Source of the DNA: Mobula hypostoma
Taxonomy: Eukaryota
NCBI RefSeq assembly: GCF_963921235.1
Contig: NC_086108.1
Coordinates: forward strand, 84,694,001 to 84,758,000
Length of the DNA stretch: 64,000 bases
Reading direction: 5' to 3'
The stretch's first letter is position 1. Each line of letters opens with the position of its first letter. A program made the position numbers and the translations under genes. Under the pieces are notes generated by a model. It ran no database searches. It was not told the DNA's origin and was given only the letters and a program-made list of their open reading frames with translations. Below, in pieces: positions 38,639-51,744 of this stretch.

Positions 38639-39279
38639 CTGTGGAAAGATACAGAATGATGTTCAGTACAATATCTCCATTTATTACACTGTGAAAACCA
38701 ATAAAAATTTATTAGAAGAATTAAATATTTATGGAAGCCAAACAGAATTCAATAAATTACATGGGATATTACTAAATCTACCTTAATAAAATACAGTGAA
38801 GTTAAAATATCATGGTCACACTCACTTCCAAAGAGATAGGAAAACAAATTCTCATTATTCCTAGCAATAATGGACAGCTTTCTGACCATAATATTAACTA
38901 AGATTCAACAATGATGTAGCCCAGGTCTGTTAGGTAAAGATCTATTTGATGACTCCCCTCCAATACTCTATCCAAGCTTCTCAAAAAAACCAGAAGATGA
39001 TCATGTTCTACAGTTTTGAAGCACACAATAAATCTAAAAACCAGTGAGTATCATAGAAGACAAATGTCCCTCAAAGTCAATGTTAATGTTGACTTTAAGT
39101 ACTTTTTTTAAGGAGGTGTTTTGCTTAACGTAAGTATTTTAGCACAATAAAGAAATTAGTTTGAGCAAAAATGTTAATTTCTGTGGAAACGTGACAGATT
39201 AGATACACACTTTTCAGTATATGCTATGAGTAATTGCACATTTTCTCAATATGGTTACAGTGACTGAGGCCCTTTAACA

Positions 39280-40160
39280 TGCAAGAGAACATGAGGAATA
39301 CAAGATGAACTGGGCCATTTAGCCTGACTTGCCCGCTCCATCTTTCAATAGTATCAGTGTTGATCACTTAATCATCACCTTCCTGCACTAACCCTACATC
39401 CCTTGATCCCTCAATAAACATAAAAATATAGACCCTTGTCTATAACATATTCAGCAAAGAAGTCTCCACTGCCCTTCCGGATACAGAATTCTGAAGATGT
39501 CCTGTCCTCTGTTTGAAGAAATTTCTTCTCAACTCAGTCCTGACCTCTGTCAAGCCCTTTAAGAATTTTTCTAGAGATAATATAACCAGTCTGCTTAAGC
39601 TCTTCAAACAGGATAAAGCACCATTTAGTTTGGTGCAAAAGGAATTTCCTTCCTTCTGGGGAGATGCCAGGTCTGAACCCATTCCTCCAAATGCTGCCTC
39701 ACTGTGACCCTACAAAATTCCAGTAAAATATCTCTACTCTTGTACTCAAATATGCTTGAAATAAAGGTTGTACTTGCACATTAATTTTATCAGTGACACT
39801 GACATCACTCTGAATACCATCATCTTCAACCTCACTCCATCCAAAGTGGATGACTTCGTTACATTTCCACCCACCACGTTGTCACTCATTCTTTGAAGCC
39901 TATCTAGCCCATCTAAAACATGTATTTTCTGACAACCAACACAGACACCTCATTTGGTATACTAAGTATACATGGATATATTTCATATGGTCCCTTCATC
40001 CAAATGGAAATATATTGTGAACAGCTGAAATCCCATGCATTATAGCCTCCCAAGCTGAAAACTACCTGTTTTTCTGTTTTGCCTATTTGCTAATCCTAAT
40101 CATCAATTAACCCTAATTCCATCTGCTCTAATTTTTCTTCATAACCCTTATGTAGTACTT
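39280..40160 (-). mobile_element. Old CR1 fragment
   Basis: RTELRRNFFKQR-like 3' motif; heavily decayed. Confidence 0.55.
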
Positions 40161-41294
40161 TATTGAGTCATCTTGCCATTGATTTGCACTTATGTCTTAT
40201 ATATGGCTGTATAACCATATATTATTCTTGTATATGGTTTCTACAGCTTTTATCTATATATTCTTTCATCCAAAAAAATTGAAAAGGAAAAATATACAAA
40301 AAATATTTTGTGGTTGGAGGGGAACGGTGTTACAGGGATACAAGCAGTGGGAAGCAAGCAGGAATCAGTTGGCTTTCTTGTGTTCTCCTATTGCTATGAT
40401 TCTATAAAAATGATATAACTATTAAAAGTCATAAAATCAATTTTCCTCCCAATTCTGATTCTTCCTTTTCAAGTTCCCCAATCTACACCTATTTATTCCC
40501 CTCCACAGATGCTGTCTGACTTTCTGAATTGCTTCAGTATTTTGTGTGTGTTGGACTTCAGTAAAATATTTAACAAGATTGCACATGGTGGATTGTTTAC
40601 AAGGTTAATTCACATGGGATCTAAGGCAGGCTTGCTAAGGTTTCGTTTGTTCATAATATCCTTCAATACTCCCTTTTCAAGCAACCAACTACTTTTGAAT
40701 AAATTTACAGATTCTCCATTCGGGGGGTATAACTCAAATTAAAGTGAAATAAATTGCTATAAATTCTATCAGGCAAATTGTTATTTGTGAAGGGTACTTT
40801 TGAAAAATTGGCTGCATATAGACTGCACCAGACTGATTAAGTCACACTGATACAGTTGTATTTCTATGCTATACTGACTGTCCTGACTTACATACTATTC
40901 ATAACAAATTACTATAAATTGCACATTGCTCATTTAGATGGAGAAGATGGAGACATAATGTAAAGATTTTTACTCCTCATGTATGTGAAGGATGCAAGAA
41001 ATAAAGTCAATTCAATATTGGAGATTCTTACCTGATCTTATAATACAATTATCTTTGAGAAACAAATGATTTTCCACAGAAATGGTGGCAGTTTTGGGCT
41101 AGACTGCTGTTACATGGCTTTTGTAACTATGAGGAAATTTGGGACATCTGGACAAATGGGGAAGCCCTGAACTTAAGTGTAACAGCTTAATGTGAAATTC
41201 CTGATTGCAACCAAACGTTGGACTCTATGGAGTCCAACAGTGATGCATAAAGTGCTGCAGTTAATTAGAAAGTGTCGGACAACTTGGTAGGTGG

Positions 41295-44200
41295 GATCCT
41301 ACCAAGATGGCGCCACATACGGCGGCCACGTTATGAGCTCCATTCCAACTTTACAGTATACTTATAATTTCTGTAATTTCCTTCATATTTCTTGTTCAAG
41401 TAGCCGATAGTCACATCAGATATGATAGACTGACTCTCCTGGTCGCCGGCGGATGGCATTTACCTTCTGACATTGATATCCCGTTTGCACGATCAATGGG
41501 AGACTCACCTACTACACAGCTGTTACCTCAGAAGTGGCGTCAGAGGCGAGGGAGAAAGGCCGGCGTCCTGGTGAGGTTGAGACAGCGCGCTAATCGGCCG
41601 TTGCTCCCTAGCATACACCTGGCTAACATTCAGTCCCTGGACAATAAACTGTGTGAACTGAGAGCCAGAATCTCCTGTCAGCGGGAAACAATGGAATGCA
41701 ATGTTCTGTGCTTCATGGCGACCTCGCTGACAGAGGAGATACCAGATCATGCCATCGAGCCCTCTGGGTTCTCCCTGTTCTAGGCAGACAGGTGTAAAAA
41801 CCTCTCTGGGAAGAGTAAAGGAGAAGGGGTATGCTTCATAGTCAATAATGCCTGGTGCGACCCCCAGAATGTGCATGCCCTCAAATTGTTTTGTTCCCTG
41901 AATCTAGAGTACTTGGTGCAACTGTGTAGACCTTTCTGGCTGCCTAGGGAGTTCACAGCTGTGTACATTCCTCCACAGGCTGATACTGACCTCGCTCTCA
42001 AGGAGCTGTATGAGACCATCAGCACCCGGAAACTGCATACTTGGAGGCTGTCTTCATCGTTGCCAATGATTTTAATAGATCATCGCTGACTAAAGTCTCT
42101 CCGAAGTTTTGCCAAGACATCCAAGTGAGCACATGGGGAGAAAGCGTTCTTGTCCACTACTACTCTCCCTTCCTCAACCCTTACAAAGTGCTCCTCTGCG
42201 CCCCCCAGATTTGGAAAATCAGATCACTCCTCCATTTTGCTGTTGCTAAAGGACTGGCAGAAGCTGAAACACGAGGTGGCCATAGTTAAAAAAGTGCAAT
42301 GATGGTCTGACCAATTGACCTCCATGCTGCAGGACTGCTTTGATGACGTTGACTGGAATGTCCTCTATGATGAAGGTGTCTTTGAGTTCACAGAAAGAGT
42401 CACGAGTTTCATCCGGAAGTGCATCGAAGATGTTGTCCCCAAGAAATTGGTCAGGGTCTTTCCAAACCAGAAACCCTGGATCAACAGTTCTGTGCGAGCA
42501 GCACTCACCATGTGAGAGAGAGCTTACCCTGCCGGTAATCAGCAAGAGCTCAAAAAACGCAGTCCCGATCTGTGCAAGGTTATCAAGGCAGCAAAAAAAC
42601 AACACAGAGACAAGATTCTGACTCAACTTTCCACCAACAACACACACAACTTATGGCAAGGTCTGCACACCATCGCAGACTTCAAAGCAAAACGCAGTGG
42701 AGTCTCCAACATCAATGCCTCTCTCTCAGATGAGCTAAATCTTTTTTATGCTCAATTCAATGTTGCCAATACTGAGCTCCTCAGGAGCAACTGATGATGC
42801 GACCGGCAGTTTGGTCATCTCTGAGGCCGAAGTACGCAGGTGTTTCCAGCAGATGGGCAGTCGCAAGGCTGCGGGGCCAGATGGCATCCCAGGGTGGGTA
42901 CTCAGGATCTGCACGGCACAACTGGCAGGTGTGCTTACAGACATTGTTAATCTCTCCCTCTCCCAATGTAAAGTGCCCTCCTGCTTCTAAACATCCATCA
43001 TTCTTCCTGTACCTAAAAAGACCACAGGAACCTGTTTGAACGACTAGTGTCCTGTCACACTCACCTCAATAATAAGCAAATGCTTTGAGAGGCTGGTCAA
43101 GGACTACATCTGCAGCATGCTACCGCCCTCACTGGACCCCGTACAATTCACCTACCGACACAACCGATCGACAGACGACGCAATGGCCACAGCTCTACAC
43201 ACCATTCTTACACATTTGGAGAAGAAGGATGCCTTTGTGAGAATGCTGTTCTTGGACTACAGTTCAGCGTTCAACACCATAATTCCCTCCAGGCTCAACA
43301 AGAAGCTCAGAGACCTCGGCCTTCACCCTGCCTTGTGTAGCTGGATCCTGGACTTCCTGTCAGATTGCCGGCAGGTGGTAAGAGTGGGCTCCCTCACCTC
43401 TGCTCCTCTGACCCTCAACACAGGTGCCCCTCAGGGCTGTGTACTAAGCCCCCTCCTTTGCTGTCTGTATACCATGACTGTGTCGCCACCCACAGATCCA
43501 ATCTGCTAATTTGCTGACATCACTACACTGATTGACCTAATCTCAAAATTATAATGAGGCTGCCTACAGATAGGAAGTCATCACCATGGCACAGTGGTGT
43601 CAAGAAAACAACCTCTCCCTCTACATTGCAAAAACAAAGGAGCTGGTTGTGGAATACAGGAGGAATGGAGACAGGGTAACCCCTATTGACATCAATGGAT
43701 CTGGAGTTGAGAGGGTGAACAGCTTTAAATTCCTTGGCATAAACATCACCGAGGATCTCATGTGGCCTGTACATACCAGGAGTGTGGTGAAAAAGGCACA
43801 ACAGTGCCTCATTCACCTCAGATGGTTGAAGAAGTTTGGTATGGCCCCCCAAATTTTAAGGACTTTCTATAGTTGCACAATTGAGAGCATCCTGAATGCT
43901 ATGGGAACTGTACTTCCTTCAATCGCAGGACTCTGCAGAGAGTGGAGCGGACAGCCCAGCACATCTGTAGATGTGAACTTCCCGGTACAGGTGTCCCCCG
44001 CTTTTCGAACTGCGTCGTCTCTGATCTGGGCCGACATTTACGTGTGGGGCGGCACCTAATTAATTAGCTTGTTTATTTCGGCTTTTTTCTTAAAGATGTG
44101 TTGGGTGCGTCTCGGCCACCGCTGCATCCCTGCATGCTTCGCGGATCGGTATCGGTTGGCAGCCTAGAGCGTGGGGACTACTGCACCACCCCAACCTCCG

Positions 44201-44980
44201 ACGACTCAGCCTAACACACCATCATCAGTGTGCCCGATGTCTTCCCGATTCCCGTAAGTGATACTACACCGTACATACGTTATTTCTACTTTATATAGGC
44301 TGTGTATTTTTAGGTGTTATTTGGTATAATTTGGCAGCTTCATAGTTTAAAGGTTACTGGAGAGAGTGTTTTTGCCGAGAGCGCTTGCGTGAGATTTTCA
44401 CTATGGAGAACCGGGCAGGCAATGATTGTAGAGAAGTATTTCTACTTTGTATAGGCTGTATATTTATATCATTCCTGCTTTTACTACATGTTACTGTTAT
44501 TTTAGGTTTTATGTGTTATTTGGCATGATTTGGTAGGTTATTTTTGGGTCTGCAAACGCTCACAAATTTTTCCCATATAAATAAATGGTAATTGCTTCTT
44601 CGCTTTACGACATTCCGGCTTACGAACCGTTTCATAGGAACGCTCTACCTTCGGATGGCGAGGGAAACCTGTATTCAGGACATTTATAAAAACAGGTGTG
44701 TAAAAAGGGCACAAAGGATTATTGGAGACCCGAGTCATCCCAACAACAAACTTTTCCAGCAGCTACTGTCTGGGAAATGGTACCACAGCATAAAAGCCAG
44801 GGCAAACAGGCTCCAGGACAGCTTCTTCCACCAGGCTGCTTAATTCATGCTGACACAACTGTATTTCTACGTTATATTGACTATCCGGTGACTATAATTG
44901 CACATTTAGATGGAGACCTAACATAAAGATTTTTACTCTTCATGTATATGAAAGATGTAAGTCATAAAGTCAATTCAATT
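41295..44980 (+). mobile_element. Rex1/Babar LINE, near full-length, decayed
   Basis: 5' [67 protein letters not shown]; tail ATAAAGTCAATTCAATT. Confidence 0.85.
43988..44671. mobile_element. Non-autonomous pogo/Tigger-like element nested in Rex1
   Basis: TA TSD; TIRs CAGGTGTCCCCCGC / GCGAGGGAAACCTG; the Rex1 sequence resumes after it. Confidence 0.75.
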
Positions 44981-45124
44981 TGCCCACTGAACCTGTTTCA
45001 GGTTAAACCTAGCACATGTATAGTGACTCCATTCATTTAAGTAGAGAAGAATGGCCGAAAGGCAGAAGGAAAAATGTTGAATGATTTACATATGTTTTTG
45101 ATTTAATTCAAATCTATTTAAACC

Positions 45125-45645
45125 GTAAGACATAAGAGCGTTTGGCCCATCAAATCTGCTTTGCTGTTCGATCATGGCTAATTTATTATCCCTCTCAACC
45201 TCATTCTCCTGCCTTCTTCCTGTAACCTTCGATGCCCTTACTAATCAAGAATCTATCAACCTCCACTTTAAATATACCTGACTTGAATTCTACTGATTCA
45301 CCCTCTGGCCAAAGAAATTCCCCATCTCTGTTCTAAATCACTATCCTTGTATTTTGAGGCTGTACCCTTCTGGTCCTAGACTCACCCACTATGAGAAACA
45401 TCATCCCTATGTCCGCTGTATTCAGGCCTTTCAATATTTTCAATAAGATCCCTCCTCATTCTTTTATACTCCAGTGAGTATAGATCCAGAACCATCAAAA
45501 CCACCTCACACATTAATCCATTCATTCTTGGGATCATTCTTGTGAGCCACTTCTGGACCCTCTCCAATATCAGCACATTAGATAAGAGGCCCAAATCTGC
45601 TCACAATACTTGATATGCAGTGTGACCAATGCCTTATAAAGCCCT
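45125..45645 (-). mobile_element. CR1 3' fragment
   Basis: LERVQK..TRMIP, LYSLE, YKALV; (TAAGAC) tail. Confidence 0.75.
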
Positions 45646-46329
45646 TTAATTGTAAGTTTTTTTTGTGTTTGTGCTTTAAGTTGAAAAGAGTCTGTTATTA
45701 CCGCAAGTTGTAACAGATTATCAATATTTTTTAATAACAGAGACAAAGTTATTTTGACAGCTGTTTTGGTTTGGGACACCTCAGCATTTAAAACATTTAA
45801 GTGGCAATTGATGATCAAAGACTCTACCAGGCTGTGGTGAATGAATGGGAGCTGATTTCCTAAAATTCACTGCACAGGACCTGTTCAAGAAAAGAGGAAC
45901 TTTATGAGTGGGAAAGCAGCAGACTTGAGTGGCTTGCTGTTCAATATAAGAATAGATACAGTACGTTAATACTGCACAAATTTGAAGCAAAAGGACGCGT
46001 TTCAATAATCAACATAGCCTAAATATTAACTTGGCTCAATGCTAGTGATGAATTGAAGGATAAGACCGGTCTTGAACAAGCAGAAAAGGGGTGGTCATTT
46101 TATAAAGACTGCTATATGGTATTGTACATTTCCTGTAAGTGATCTGTGTATATCCCAGTATCTTCTTCAGATAGATAGGACAGTAATCCTGACAAAAGTC
46201 TAGCAAATTTAGTTAACACAATTCAGGATCTCAATGACATCGTATTTTCTATGATCAAACAATTCGAGAGTTTATGAAATAAAATGATGATCACAGCAAG
46301 TTACATTTGCAAATTTTTTCATTTAATTG

Positions 46330-46910
46330 GGGAAATGGATTGAAGCCATAATTTAATTTCCCACTCCTAATTGCTCATGGGAAGGTGGTGATGAGCTGCT
46401 GATTGAAGGTGGTTTGAGGGCTGGCATTTGTACAATGCTGGATCTCGCCCCTTGATGGTAAAGGAAAGGTAATATATTTTCAAGATTATGTGTGGCCTGG
46501 AGGGCATTTCTAGATGCTAGTGTACTCATGATTATGGTGCCCTCATCCTTCTCAGCAGTAAAGATTATGGGTTTTGATGGTGCTGTCTAAGGAGTTTTGG
46601 TGAGTTGCTACAGTGTATTCTATAGATAGTACAAACTGTTGCTGCTGTCCCATTCACAGTGGAGAGAGTGAATAGTTGTGGATGGGATGCCATCAAGAAG
46701 ACCACTATGTCATATACGGTGTTGAGCTTGTTGAAGCTGTGCTCATCCATCTTATACCTGATCTGAGTCTTGTAGTTGGTGAACAGGTTTTTGGGAGTCA
46801 GGAGGTGAGTTACTTGCCACAGATTTCTCAGCATCTGACCTGCTTTCATAGCCACATTGTGACTGTAGCTATTTCAATTCAGTTTCCAGTCAATGATTCA
46901 GTAATGTTCA
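46330..46910 (-). mobile_element. Old CR1/L2-group LINE 3' remnant
   Basis: KAGQML..L..VTHLLTP..L.T.YK.QIR-like motif. Confidence 0.5.
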
Positions 46911-47019
46911 TGCCACTCAATTAAATAATAGTAAGGCAAGGTTGATACATTTGAAGCACCTGTTATTTTCGAAGCATTTATTTACACTGTATTTTACTAG
47001 CAATGATTAAATACTCCAC

Positions 47020-47155
47020 CTCTGTCTGAACCATTGCAGGCCGCTGTGTTCGTAAGGTCTTCACAGTCTGAAACATGTCCACAACGCCCTCATATCTCAT
47101 TCGCTCCAGAACAATGCTTAGTGTAATGAATACTCCAGTTCGTCCCACACCAGCA
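47020..47155 (-). CDS. PTPRF: PTPRF D2 exon (136 nt)
   Basis: (S)[53 protein letters not shown] is PTPRF-type; ttctAG acceptor, GTggag donor. Confidence 0.95.
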
Positions 47156-47344
47156 CTAGAATACAGAAGAAACTTATTTCAGACTTCAGAGTTTTATTGA
47201 TTAAATGCATCTTACTTGGGAGGTACTCTATACGGTCTCAGTGGAAAAATAAAAAGCAATTATATTGGAAACAATAAAATTCAGATCTGTCCTAAAATTG
47301 GACAAACATCTAAAAGACAACTTGGACAAGTACATGGGTAGAAA

Positions 47345-47850
47345 CAGAATAAAAATTATTGTTACTAACATATGACATGAAATTTGGCGCTTAGCAGCAA
47401 CAGTAGAGTGTAAAGACAAACATTTATAATGAAAAAAGTAAATAAATAGTGCAAAAATAATGGAAGAATGAGTTTCATGGACTATTCAGAAATCTGATGA
47501 CAGCGAGGAAGAAGCTGTTCCGGAATCACTGAGCGTGGCTCTTCAGGCTCCAAAATCTCCTCCCTGGTGACAGTTAACAGGAAAAGGGCATGTCCTGGAT
47601 GGCGATGTTTTTGATGATGGATGCTATCTTCTTAAGGTACCCTCTCTTAAAGATGTCTTTGATGTTAGAGATGGTCGTACCCATGTGATGGAACTACCCA
47701 AGCCCATAACCCTTTGCAGCCTCTTGCAATCCCGTGCAATGGAGGCTCCCCATCACATTATGATACAACTGTCAGAATGCTCTCCACCGTACATCTGCAG
47801 AAATTTTTAAGCGTCTTTGGTGACCTACCAAATCAATCCAAACACCTGAT
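47345..47850 (-). mobile_element. Rex1/Babar 3' remnant
   Basis: Similar to 20565-21120 (AAGAAGCTGTTC..., CAGAATGCTCTCCA). Confidence 0.6.
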
Positions 47851-48099
47851 GAAATTTAGAGAGATGGGATCAAACATGGGTAAATAACACTAGGTTAGTC
47901 AGGCACTTTGGTTAGCATAGACAAGTTAAACAATGACTCAATGACTTTGACTATGTTCTGTATTCCACTTGAAGAAAGTGTGTATAATAGGAATGAAAAT
48001 TTGGTCATTTACGGTAAGCTTATTAAAGTTCATTACAGTAAGTTGTGCAATTAAATTGTTGATTTATCTGAATTAAAACACCAATATGTTCATCCTTAC

Positions 48100-48254
48100 C
48101 TGCAGTGCACTGTAATGGGCCCATCCTGTCCAAATTGTTCTTTTGTCTTGTGTACTTGTCCAATAAAATCAATGAATCCTTCTCCGGTTTTTGGCACTCC
48201 TTGTTCAGGCCAGTCAATGAAATGGAACTGTCGGATTGTTCGAGACTGTCCATC
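48100..48254 (-). CDS. PTPRF: PTPRF D2 exon (155 nt)
   Basis: [51 protein letters not shown](S); RTIR, PKTG and PITV are PTPRF-type rather than PTPRD/S. Confidence 0.95.
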
Positions 48255-50061
48255 CTATGTTAAAAACAATGGTGAATACTTACAAACAGTGTAACTGGAG
48301 GCTGGGCCACATTTGAATTGAAAATGTTTAAACATAAAATGGGGATAACCAATAAGTTAATGTATTTTCCCTCTTCTCTTGAGTACCCTCTCAAGATAGC
48401 AGGGAAGCCTTAAATACTGTGAATCAGCAGATTCAGTTACTATCTGTACACTCAAAACCTTTTTGCAGTGCTGCTGTGAAAGAGAGAAAACATACTTGGT
48501 AAAGACAAAATTAATACAAACATTAACCTGCCACCACATTGTATTTCCCTATGACAGTCAATAAAATTGAAATAAATGAATGTGAGGAAATGGAAGGATA
48601 TTTTTTATTGTGTAGCAGAGAAGATTAGTTTAGTGGCCGTTTGATTACTAAATTTAATTGGTTTGGCATAACATTGTGGACCAAACGGTCTGTTCTATAT
48701 TCTATAAACCCAAAGTTATATACTAGATTAAAAGTTTTCAACACAATTTTCTGCCAAGGTGAAAATGTTCAAAAGAGTTCTCTTCTAATTAATGGGGTGG
48801 AACCTCTTTGAGGTAGGCTTGCTCGCAGGGCAGCCTTAGGCTACTCAAATAGGTGTAATGAGTGATTGTGATACATGTACTTAAGAAGAAAAGTGTGCAT
48901 ATATTAGATACTAACAATGACTGCTAACACTGCACATATCCTATGGCCTCCAAATAGATAAATGGCCTCCTCCCAAGAGGACTGAACTCCAATTTCTTAA
49001 AGTAACTCTGTGTGTGAGTGGTATTCTCCATTTTGTTGAGTGATTGAATTTTAGAAACCTGATATTGTGTAGCACATAGAAATGTTATGAGACACAAACA
49101 GATTTCTTGGCTACAGGATGACAACAACAACAAAAAAAAATCACAAAACACAGTGCTCATAAAACTCTGACTTCTTTTAAATCACCAAGTATCAAGAAAA
49201 CAAGTACTAATACTTCACTACTGTATGAGACTAACCAATTATTTGCACTATCATGAGTATTAATTTTGACTGCATTGCCATTTCCAAATGGAATACAAGT
49301 TTCCATGATCACATGATACTGTCAAACTAATGTAATTTCTGAATGTATGAATAAATGTAATTTATCGTTTCCTTATGGGCTACATGCTGTAAAGTATGGA
49401 TAACTAAAATTCAAGTTTCAAAAAGTACATTATCATCATAGTTATAGCACACTTTTAAATGCTGACTGCAGTAGGAAACTCTGCAAAAATTAAATTTTCC
49501 AATACTTGCAAAGCAAAGATTTATACAGTCCAATGCAGTGCTCTCAGCCAAAAAAGTGGAATATAATAAACTAAAAAAGTCTACTGTAGACTAGAAAATA
49601 AACCAGAAAAGATGACAAGGGCTTGAGCAGAGCTCACAGACTGACCTGCTGAGTACATTTTAAGCCTTTCATGTCAAGAATAATACAAATACAGAAGGTA
49701 ACAAGGCTCTCCAATGTGCATCCTATATGCCACCTACATATTTGAACCTAACACTGGTGAGACAATCCTGGAACACTTTGAAAATCTTTGCCTCAAATTT
49801 GATGGTAATCAGATTTGCAGTACCTATATTAAAAAAAAACAGCCATTCAAGTAAAAATGGGAAAGGAAAACGGATTTTGAATATCAATGTTTTCATTACA
49901 GACTGCACTGCAGTAAAGTTGAGAGAATTAGTTCTCCATTAATTTTTGTCTGAGATTGGAAACTCTGAGGGGACAACATAACACATAATGCATAAAAGTA
50001 TAAACTGACAGAATAAGCCTCATTTCCACAGAACATTGATATGACTACAGTTCATACCTAC

Positions 50062-50187
50062 CCTGGCATCTGTTACTTTGAACTCTCGCAGGATATACTG
50101 TGGCATGCTATATTCTGCCATTGGATCTACCACAAAGTATTGATACCGGGCAGAACGTTCCGCTGGCCAGTACTGGTGGCACTTTTC
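50062..50187 (-). CDS. PTPRF: PTPRF D2 exon (126 nt)
   Basis: [42 protein letters not shown]; cacCAG acceptor, GTaggt donor. Confidence 0.95.
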
Positions 50188-50254
50188 CTGGTGACAACAA
50201 AGCAAGACATCAGCAAAACTGAGCACAATGAACAAGATACTCCTTATGTACATA

Positions 50255-50425
50255 AACACAAGATTTTCTGCAGACGCTGGCATTTTGAACACAAAGTGCG
50301 GGAGGAACTCAGCAAGTCAGGCAGCACTATGCAGTGGAACACTGATGAAGGGCCTCGATCCAAACTGTCAACCACTGCTGCTGCCTGACTTGCTGAGTTC
50401 CTCTTGTATAGTGTTTGTGTTGCCT
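50255..50425. mobile_element. Older, diverged fold-back Penelope-like copy
   Basis: Arms GAGGAACTCAGCAAGTCAGGCAGCA / TGCTGCCTGACTTGCTGAGTTCCTC around CTGATGAAGGG...GTC (50342). Confidence 0.65.
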
Positions 50426-50516
50426 CTTATGCAGATCACTTTTAAATAAAATTGTTTTCAAACAAGTGGCATTCCACATCTCATTTACTGCTCTTAAAAC
50501 TATATTTAATATTTTG

Positions 50517-50642
50517 AAAAACGAGGAAATCTGCAGATGCTGGATTTTCAAGCAACACACATAAAAGTTGCTGGTGAACGCAGCAGGCCAGGCAGCATCT
50601 CTAGGAACAGGTACAGTCGACGTTTTGGGCCGAGAGTGTTGC
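50517..50642 (-). mobile_element. Fold-back Penelope-like insertion with a 7-nt second arm
   Basis: 13 bp TSD ATTTAATATTTTG (50504-50516 / 50643-50655); ends GTGTTGC. Confidence 0.8.
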
Positions 50643-51071
50643 ATTTAATATTTTGGCTGGCTTCTGATGTGTTAGATTCACTAGTGTTCTACCATTTCTG
50701 AGATAAACAACCTGTCTTTGCAAGTAATTTCTACAAGAACATTAGTAATTTTCATCTTTGTTTGGAATAAGCTATTTAAGAAAGTGATCATATTCATAGG
50801 TAGTAAGGTCACAATAACTACAAACATTTTAGCTACTAATACCATCGGAACTGATGCTGAGTAAAAATTGATTGATATGGAGAAAAGCCACTTCCAAACT
50901 TCTTCCATTACACACTATACCTTTAAAAACTATGAAGGGCAAATTAATCAGATTGTCAATCCTGGTGAATTTTAAATGTAGTACTCACAGCTATTAATTA
51001 CCAAATAAACAGTGAACCATCTCCCTCAGTGTTTGGTGCAGTTCAATATACTATAAATGAGCATTACTTAC

Positions 51072-51198
51072 TCGACCCATTTCTCGTAATTTTGTGAGCA
51101 TTACAACAATTGTGGAATTGTGCTCCCATAGCATACGCCAGAAATCTTCTGTGGTCTCTGCCAGAGGTCCCTGTGTGGCAATGTAGGCCTTTTGCTGC
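51072..51198 (-). CDS. PTPRF: PTPRF D2 exon (127 nt)
   Basis: (R)[42 protein letters not shown]; aacAG acceptor, GTaagt donor; the upstream exon was not found in the window. Confidence 0.95.
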
Positions 51199-51744
51199 CT
51201 GTTTATTATAGAAACAGACCAGTTAGAAACACGTGGCACAGCATTTTCAGCCCATTCAACCATAAACTAAGAAGTTTGCTGCTACACCCAGCAGTTCTTC
51301 AAGTGTTACTGCAGTATAGTTCCAGCTAAGTCTCAAAGTATGTCTTAGCTGACTGTTTTTATTAACTCGTTGTTGTCACAACCTATGCAATGATCCTATC
51401 TGTGTGGAAAGCCCTAATTTCATGCAGGGCTTTGCTATGGAAAATCTCCCCTGCTCCTACAAATCTCTGCAGGAAATTCTATCTCATCTAAATCAAAACC
51501 ATCTTACTGAGGTCAATGCGAAGCTGATATTAGTTGCTACTGAAAACAAAACTTGTCCCATTATCTCCTAGAAAAGTTTAACACAAATTCAGCATTAACC
51601 TACCGGCAGGAAGGAGGAAACACAGCTACAATTTAAAGGTAATTTAAATCATAAAAGGCACCTCCTTTTCCATTGAAAGCAATGAATGGGTCCCTGGGCA
51701 GAGTGCTCTGAAATGATGGCATCTTTTGGACATAAAATTTTAGA

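Noticed and set aside
50020..51263. ORF-track entries 50020-50292 and 51051-51263 as stand-alone genes
   Set aside because: Each is a PTPRF exon plus read-through intron; splice sites define the true limits
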